In this document: in pieces, positions 63,791 through 64,000 of the stretch | Layout of the letters: every line of letters starts with the position of its first letter | Numbering within the stretch: the first letter of the stretch is position 1 | Origin: Podarcis tiliguerta | Lineage: Eukaryota | Length of the DNA stretch: 64,000 nt | Reading direction: 5' to 3' (one strand) | Assembly (NCBI GenBank): GCA_965153285.1 | Contig: OZ229115.1 | Notes under the pieces: generated by a model | What the model was told of the DNA's origin: nothing | What the model saw: the letters and a program-made list of their open reading frames with translations, nothing else | The model's database searches: none | Program-made: the position numbers and the translations under genes

Positions 63791-64000
63791 TCTGGAAGTA
63801 AAAAATGCTATTGTCTGCTATTGCCTGTTTACCACATTTCTGTAGATCTTATTAAAATTGTTAGTATTAAATATTATCATTATTTATTATATGTGGCCAT
63901 CTGTTACATGATACTTTGCAAAGAGCAAGCTTCACAAGTTCCTACCCAAGGGGGCTTTAAACCTAAGAATACACACATGAAATAGAGAAAAGGGAGAAAA

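Noticed and set aside
1-64000. Antisense orientation bias of retroelements relative to ERI3
   Set aside because: My rough count (about 15 antisense versus 11 sense) is too small and uncertain to claim.
1-64000. CRISPR arrays, operons, rRNA/snoRNA/known miRNA genes, or a novel multi-gene system
   Set aside because: Eukaryotic intronic DNA; no regularly spaced repeats or recognisable RNA genes were seen by eye. An Infernal/Rfam scan would be needed to exclude small RNAs.

Overview
Vertebrate genomic DNA, almost certainly from a squamate reptile and probably a lacertid lizard (Sauria SINE, Squam3-type SINEs, lizard-type CR1/L2 LINEs and MITEs). The whole window appears to lie inside one minus-strand gene, ERI3 (ERI1 exoribonuclease family member 3, a DEDDh 3'-5' exonuclease). 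Four internal coding exons were found by reading splice sites: 62528-62644, 55727-55786, 53422-53513 and 29552-29624. They splice in frame to 114 aa (EIIEFPILKLNGRTMEIESTFHMYVQPVVHPQLTPFCTE-LTGIIQAMVDGQPSLQQVLE-RVDEWMAKEGLLDPSVKSIFVTCGDWDLKVM-LPGQCQYLGLPVADYFKQWINLKK). The N-terminal exons lie beyond 64000, and the C-terminal exons were not found (probably before position 1). The rest is intron: many transposon fragments (CR1, L2, one L1-type insertion, SINEs, hAT and Tc1/mariner MITEs with intact TSDs, two LTRs), microsatellites, three N gaps and several repeat-free, motif-rich stretches that look like regulatory elements. Nearly all ORFs in the supplied track are spurious or TE-derived. I see no evidence of a new multi-gene system. 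The best leads are candidate stop-containing (poison) cassette exons in ERI3 introns, an acidic reading frame in the same register in two different LTRs, a MITE carrying ETS/NRF1/YY1 motifs, and putative intronic enhancers. Gene and repeat family names come from recalled sequences, not database searches.
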